From Devosiaceae bacterium (GTDB taxonomy: Bacteria > Pseudomonadota > Alphaproteobacteria > Rhizobiales > Devosiaceae): DNA of 64,000 bases. The notes beneath the pieces are model-generated. The model saw nothing but the letters and a program-made list of their open reading frames with translations. It was not told the DNA's origin and did not search any database. The stretch spans positions 71,171 through 135,170 of the forward strand of contig CBDIRF010000010.1 in the NCBI GenBank assembly GCA_965284115.1, written 5' to 3'. Each line of letters begins with the position of its first letter. The stretch's first letter is position 1. The position numbers and the translations under genes are program-made. Below are positions 60,187 to 64,000 of the stretch, piece after piece.

Positions 60187-60650
60187 GAGAGGGCTGCAAA
60201 ACCGTTGGTCTGTCGCAGCGCTTCCCCTAGCACGAGGCTGCCGGCCACGGCCACGTTGAGCGAGCGCATATCTTGTCGCATGGGGATGCGGACCCTGAGA
60301 TCGGCGTCGGCCGCCACGGCGTCGGGTACGCCGGCCGACTCGCGGCCGAGCAGCAGGATGTCGCCGGATTGGTAGTCGGCGGCATAGGCTGAAACGCTGG
60401 TCTTGGTGGTCAGGAGTGCCAGCCGCCGGTCCGCGCCGCGGCGCCAGGCATCGAAATGGGCGTAGCTGTCATGCTCGGTGAACCGGGCATGTTCGAGGTA
60501 GTCGAGCGCGCCGCGGCGGATCGAGCGGGGCGAGAACTGGAAGCCGGTGGGGTGGATGATATGGACCATGACGCCGAGGCAGGCGCCCAGGCGGAGCAGG
60601 GTGCCGGTGTTCTGCGCGATATCGGGTTGGTAGAGGGCCAGGTCGATCAT
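60183..60650 (-). CDS. trmL: tRNA (cytidine(34)-2'-O)-methyltransferase
   Basis: [27 protein letters not shown]....RSLNVA. Confidence 0.92.
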   Translation of the reverse strand: MIDLALYQPDIAQNTGTLLRLGACLGVMVHIIHPTGFQFSPRSIRRGALDYLEHARFTEHDSYAHFDAWRRGADRRLALLTTKTSVSAYAADYQSGDILLLGRESAGVPDAVAADADLRVRIPMRQDMRSLNVAVAGSLVLGEALRQTNGFAALS

Positions 60651-60879
60651 CGGGTTTTCCGCATTGGATTTCTTGAGTAGAATGGTATGGTTTTTGGCGG
60701 TCGCTATAGTGTCGCATTGGGGGAAAGTCACCCTGAGTCCGGCTGGACAAGCCCCATTCATAGTGTCAAAAGAACGCCCAAATCACGCGCTGTTGAGGGC
60801 GGGGGTTGGCTTTGGCTATGTGGCCCTACGCCAACGGGCACCGAGGCGCTGATCAAGACACAACAGACGGAAGCTTACC

Positions 60880-61422
60880 TTGGCGACGCAATCCAATCTG
60901 GTACATCAGGACGCCCCTAAACCGGGTCGGCGCGATTTCCTCTATATCGCAGCAGGCGCGGTTGGCGCGGTTGGCGTGGCCGGGGTGACCTGGCCGCTGA
61001 TCAACCAACTCAACCCCGATGCGTCCGTGCTGGCGCTGGCCAGCATCGAGTTCGACCTGTCGAGCATCGAAGTCGGCCAGTCGGTCACCATCAAGTGGCG
61101 CGGCCTGCCGGTGTTCGTGCGTCACCGTACGGACGCCGAGATTGCCGAGGCCAAGGCCGTGCCGATGTCGGAGCTCAAGGATCCGGCGACCGACGAGCAG
61201 CGCACCAAGCCGGGCCACGAGCAGTGGCTGATCATGATCGCCAACTGCACGCATCTGGGCTGCATTCCGGTGGGCAATTCCGGTGACTATGACGGCTGGG
61301 CCTGCCCCTGCCACGGCTCGCAGTTCGATACTGCCGGCCGCATCCGCAAGGGCCCCGCGCCGACCAACCTGGTCCTGCCGCCCTATGAATTCGTTACCGA
61401 CACGCTCGTGCAGATCGGTTAA
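60880..61422 (+). CDS. petA: Ubiquinol-cytochrome c reductase Rieske subunit
   Basis: Tat motif RRDFL, CTHLGC, CPCHGS. Confidence 0.97.
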   Translation: MATQSNLVHQDAPKPGRRDFLYIAAGAVGAVGVAGVTWPLINQLNPDASVLALASIEFDLSSIEVGQSVTIKWRGLPVFVRHRTDAEIAEAKAVPMSELKDPATDEQRTKPGHEQWLIMIANCTHLGCIPVGNSGDYDGWACPCHGSQFDTAGRIRKGPAPTNLVLPPYEFVTDTLVQIG

Positions 61423-61436
61423 GGGGACGCGTTACA

Positions 61437-62741
61437 ATGGCTCACGAATCCAGCTACGTCCCCGGTAACGTCGTCGAGAAGTGGATCGACGATCGCCTGC
61501 CGATCATCCGGTGGTCCAAAGAACACCTGATGGACTACCCCACGCCCAAGAACCTCAACTACTGGTGGACCTTCGGCGCCATCCTCGCCTTCATGCTCGG
61601 CGTGCAGATCGTCACCGGCGTCATCCTTGCGATGCATTACACGCCGAATGTGGCGCTGGCGTTCAACTCGGTCGAGCGCATTCGCCGTGACGTGAATGGC
61701 GGCCGCATCATCCAGGCCGTACACGCCACGGGCGCATCGATGTTCTTTGCGGCGGTGTATATCCATATGTTCCGCGGCCTGTACTTCGGCTCGTACAAGG
61801 CGCCGCGCGAGATTTTGTGGATCCTCGGCGTCCTGTTGTTCGTGCTGATGGTGACCACCGCTTTCATGGGCTACGTGCTGCCATGGGGCCAGATGAGCTT
61901 CTGGGCCGCCACCGTGATCACCAACATCCTGGGCGCCATTCCGGTGGTCGGCACGCCGATCCTCGAGCTGCTGCGCGGCGGCTTTGCCGTCGACAACGCG
62001 ACGCTCAACCGCTTCTTCTCGCTGCACTACCTCTTGCCGTTCATAATCGCGGCAGTGGTGGCGCTCCATATCTGGGCGCTGCACGTGCCGGGCAACAGCA
62101 ATCCGATCGGCGTCGAGGTCAAGAACAGCCGCGAGACGGTGCCGTTCCATCCGTATTATACGATGAAGGACCTGTTCGCGATCATCGTGTTCTGCATCCC
62201 GTTCGCCTGGTTCGTGTTCTTTGCGCCCGATATCCTGGGCCACCCGGACAACTACATCATGGCAAACAGCCAGGTGACGCCGGCGGAAATCGTGCCTGAG
62301 TGGTACTTCCTGCCGTTCTACGCGATCCTGCGCGCCATCGACTTCAACATCCTGTTCATCGACAGCCGGCTGGGCGGGGTGATCTTCTTTGCCGGTTCGA
62401 TCCTGGTGCTGTTCTTCGTGCCGTGGCTCGATACCAGCAAGGTGCGCTCGGGCACGTTCCGGCCGATCTTCAAGTGGTTCTACTGGGTTTTCGTGCTGAA
62501 CTTCCTGATGCTGGCCTACCTGGGCGCCGCTCGCGCCGACGGGTCGGTTCTGGGGATGCCGGTGGCGTTGTTCTCGAAAATCTGCACCGCCTATTACTTC
62601 GCCTACTTCATCATAGTGCTTCCGCTGCTTGGACGCTTTGAGACGCCGCGGCCGCTGCCGACGTCGATCACTAAGTCCGTTCTTGCCAAGCACAAGGCGC
62701 CGGCGGCCGCTCGGCCTGCCGCAGCGTCGACGTCGCACTGA
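61437..62741 (+). CDS. petB: Cytochrome b
   Basis: [23 protein letters not shown]. Confidence 0.98.
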   Translation: MAHESSYVPGNVVEKWIDDRLPIIRWSKEHLMDYPTPKNLNYWWTFGAILAFMLGVQIVTGVILAMHYTPNVALAFNSVERIRRDVNGGRIIQAVHATGASMFFAAVYIHMFRGLYFGSYKAPREILWILGVLLFVLMVTTAFMGYVLPWGQMSFWAATVITNILGAIPVVGTPILELLRGGFAVDNATLNRFFSLHYLLPFIIAAVVALHIWALHVPGNSNPIGVEVKNSRETVPFHPYYTMKDLFAIIVFCIPFAWFVFFAPDILGHPDNYIMANSQVTPAEIVPEWYFLPFYAILRAIDFNILFIDSRLGGVIFFAGSILVLFFVPWLDTSKVRSGTFRPIFKWFYWVFVLNFLMLAYLGAARADGSVLGMPVALFSKICTAYYFAYFIIVLPLLGRFETPRPLPTSITKSVLAKHKAPAAARPAAASTSH

Positions 62742-62758
62742 CCCGGGGCCCAACGCCA

Positions 62759-63598
62759 ATGATCAAGACCACAAGCATTATCGGCGCCCTGCTGGTGAGC
62801 CTCTTCTTCGTCACGGCTCCGGCCATGGCGTCCGGGAGCACGACCGAGATCAAGAAGGAGCCGTGGAGCTTTGCCGGCCCCTTCGGCACCTTTGACCGCA
62901 ACCAATTGCAGCGCGGCTTCCAGGTGTTCAAGGAAGTCTGCTCGAGTTGCCACTCGGCCCGCCTGATGTCGTTCCGTAACCTCAGCCAGCCGGGGGGGCC
63001 GGAGTTTACCGAGGGCCAGGTGAAGGCGCTCGCCGCCGAGTACGAGATCACCGACCCCGAGGCCCAGGGTGGCAAGCGTCCGGGCGTAGCGGCCGATCGC
63101 TGGCCGTCGCCGTTCGCCAATGATCAGGAAGCCCGTGACGCCAATGGCGGTGCGGTGCCGCCGGATTTCTCGGTGCTGGCCAAGGCCCGCGGCACCACGC
63201 AGCCGTTCCCGTGGTGGATCCTCAACTACTTCACCGCCTATGCGGAAGGCGGTCCAGACTATATCCACGCCCTGCTCAACGGCTATGTCGACCCGCCGCC
63301 CGCGGGAGCCGAGGTGCCGGAAGGCAAGCACTACAACACCTACTTCCCGGGCAATGCGCTCGGCATGGCGCCGCCGCTCAGCGATGGGGCCATCACCTAC
63401 GAGGCAGGCGAGACCGGCAGCGTGCCGCTTACAGTCGACCAGTACTCACGCGACGTCGCCGCGTTCATGATGTGGATGGCCGAGCCGCACCTCGTGGCGC
63501 GCAAGGAAGCCGGCTTCCAGGTGATCGCCTTCCTCCTGGTGTTCGCCGGGCTGATGTACCTGGTCAAGCGCAAGCTCTGGTCGCGCGTCGAGCACTAG
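62759..63598 (+). CDS. petC: Cytochrome c1
   Basis: LQRGFQV..EVCSSCH, PPD.S, MAPPL, C-terminal TM. Confidence 0.97.
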   Translation: MIKTTSIIGALLVSLFFVTAPAMASGSTTEIKKEPWSFAGPFGTFDRNQLQRGFQVFKEVCSSCHSARLMSFRNLSQPGGPEFTEGQVKALAAEYEITDPEAQGGKRPGVAADRWPSPFANDQEARDANGGAVPPDFSVLAKARGTTQPFPWWILNYFTAYAEGGPDYIHALLNGYVDPPPAGAEVPEGKHYNTYFPGNALGMAPPLSDGAITYEAGETGSVPLTVDQYSRDVAAFMMWMAEPHLVARKEAGFQVIAFLLVFAGLMYLVKRKLWSRVEH

Positions 63599-63626
63599 CT
63601 CGAGCGAGCACCAGGTCGATGCCGCA

Positions 63627-63723
63627 GTGAATATGCAAAGGGCCCTTCGGGGCCCTTTGTCGTTTATCGCCAGGCTGCCACTCCTGTGAATACGCAAAGG
63701 GCCCTTCGGGGCCCTTTGTCGTT
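63627..63723 (+). terminator. Tandemly duplicated intrinsic terminator of petABC
   Basis: Two 38-bp copies (63627-63664, 63686-63723; 1 mismatch) of caaagggccc-ttcg-gggccctttg. Confidence 0.8.
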
Positions 63724-63798
63724 GTATCGAGCCCACGGCACTTGCGATCTCGATCCGCATCGTCGATATTTGCGGGCGAAGCTTTAGGAGGCCACCAG

Positions 63799-63999
63799 AT
63801 GTCGATCATTCGCAGCGCCGTGACGGCCGCAGCCCTTGCCCGCACTGTGATCGCCCATCCGATGGTGCGGGCCGGCATTGCCGCGGCGCCGCGGCTGCTG
63901 ACGCCCAAGGTCAAGGCCGCCGCGAAGGGCGCGACGCTCAATACCGCCTACAAGGCGGGCCAACTGGCGCGCAAGATCGTCGACGCCACCAAGAGATAG
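63799..63999 (+). CDS. Small basic hypothetical protein
   Basis: 66-aa ORF with AGGAGG RBS. Confidence 0.7.
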   Translation: MSIIRSAVTAAALARTVIAHPMVRAGIAAAPRLLTPKVKAAAKGATLNTAYKAGQLARKIVDATKR

Positions 64000-64000
64000 G

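Noticed and set aside
60690-60720. RegR/PrrA or FNR site upstream of petA
   Set aside because: GCG...GTCGC match is too loose for GC-rich DNA; no TTGAT-N4-ATCAA
63627-63723. Mini CRISPR array (repeat-spacer-repeat)
   Set aside because: Only two units, a 21-bp spacer, no cas genes, and classic terminator structure directly after petC

Overview
GC-rich alphaproteobacterial chromosome segment. Gene content and intergenic repeats suggest Hyphomicrobiales, Devosia-like (inference). Mostly housekeeping and catabolic genes: end of a purine catabolism cluster (BMP-family binding protein end, ATP-grasp, puuD, guaD), glcB, ade plus a CocE hydrolase, a CHASE4-GGDEF-EAL protein, a frcR/frcBCA-type sugar ABC operon with a polyol dehydrogenase and SDR, a SoxR-MFS pair with a clear SoxR box, acuI, a phosphoesterase-murL-murD2-SMR operon (epimerase route to D-Glu in peptidoglycan), a wHTH-TPR regulator/autotransporter/GT2 module, TetR-DUF4336, a copper-handling cluster, GNAT/nudL/cca, an amidase plus GntR sugar ABC-aldA-cupin cluster, HD-GYP, hemF, trmL and petABC. 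The copper cluster comprises a CxxC/RAPP leader ORF, an apparent mbnP/mbnH deletion scar, YcnI, a CopC-CopD-YtkA-PCuAC fusion and SCO. About nine palindromic intergenic repeats are present. No tRNA, rRNA, CRISPR array or transposase was found. The most interesting unexplained signals are an array of 6+ tandem hairpins with SD/anti-SD loops (23155-23471), a leader ORF rich in rare Arg codons before the GNAT (43736-43795), a Trp-Trp mini ORF before an atypical response regulator, and the copper cluster architecture. Five single-base frameshifts look like assembly indels. All family assignments come from motif recognition by eye, not database searches.
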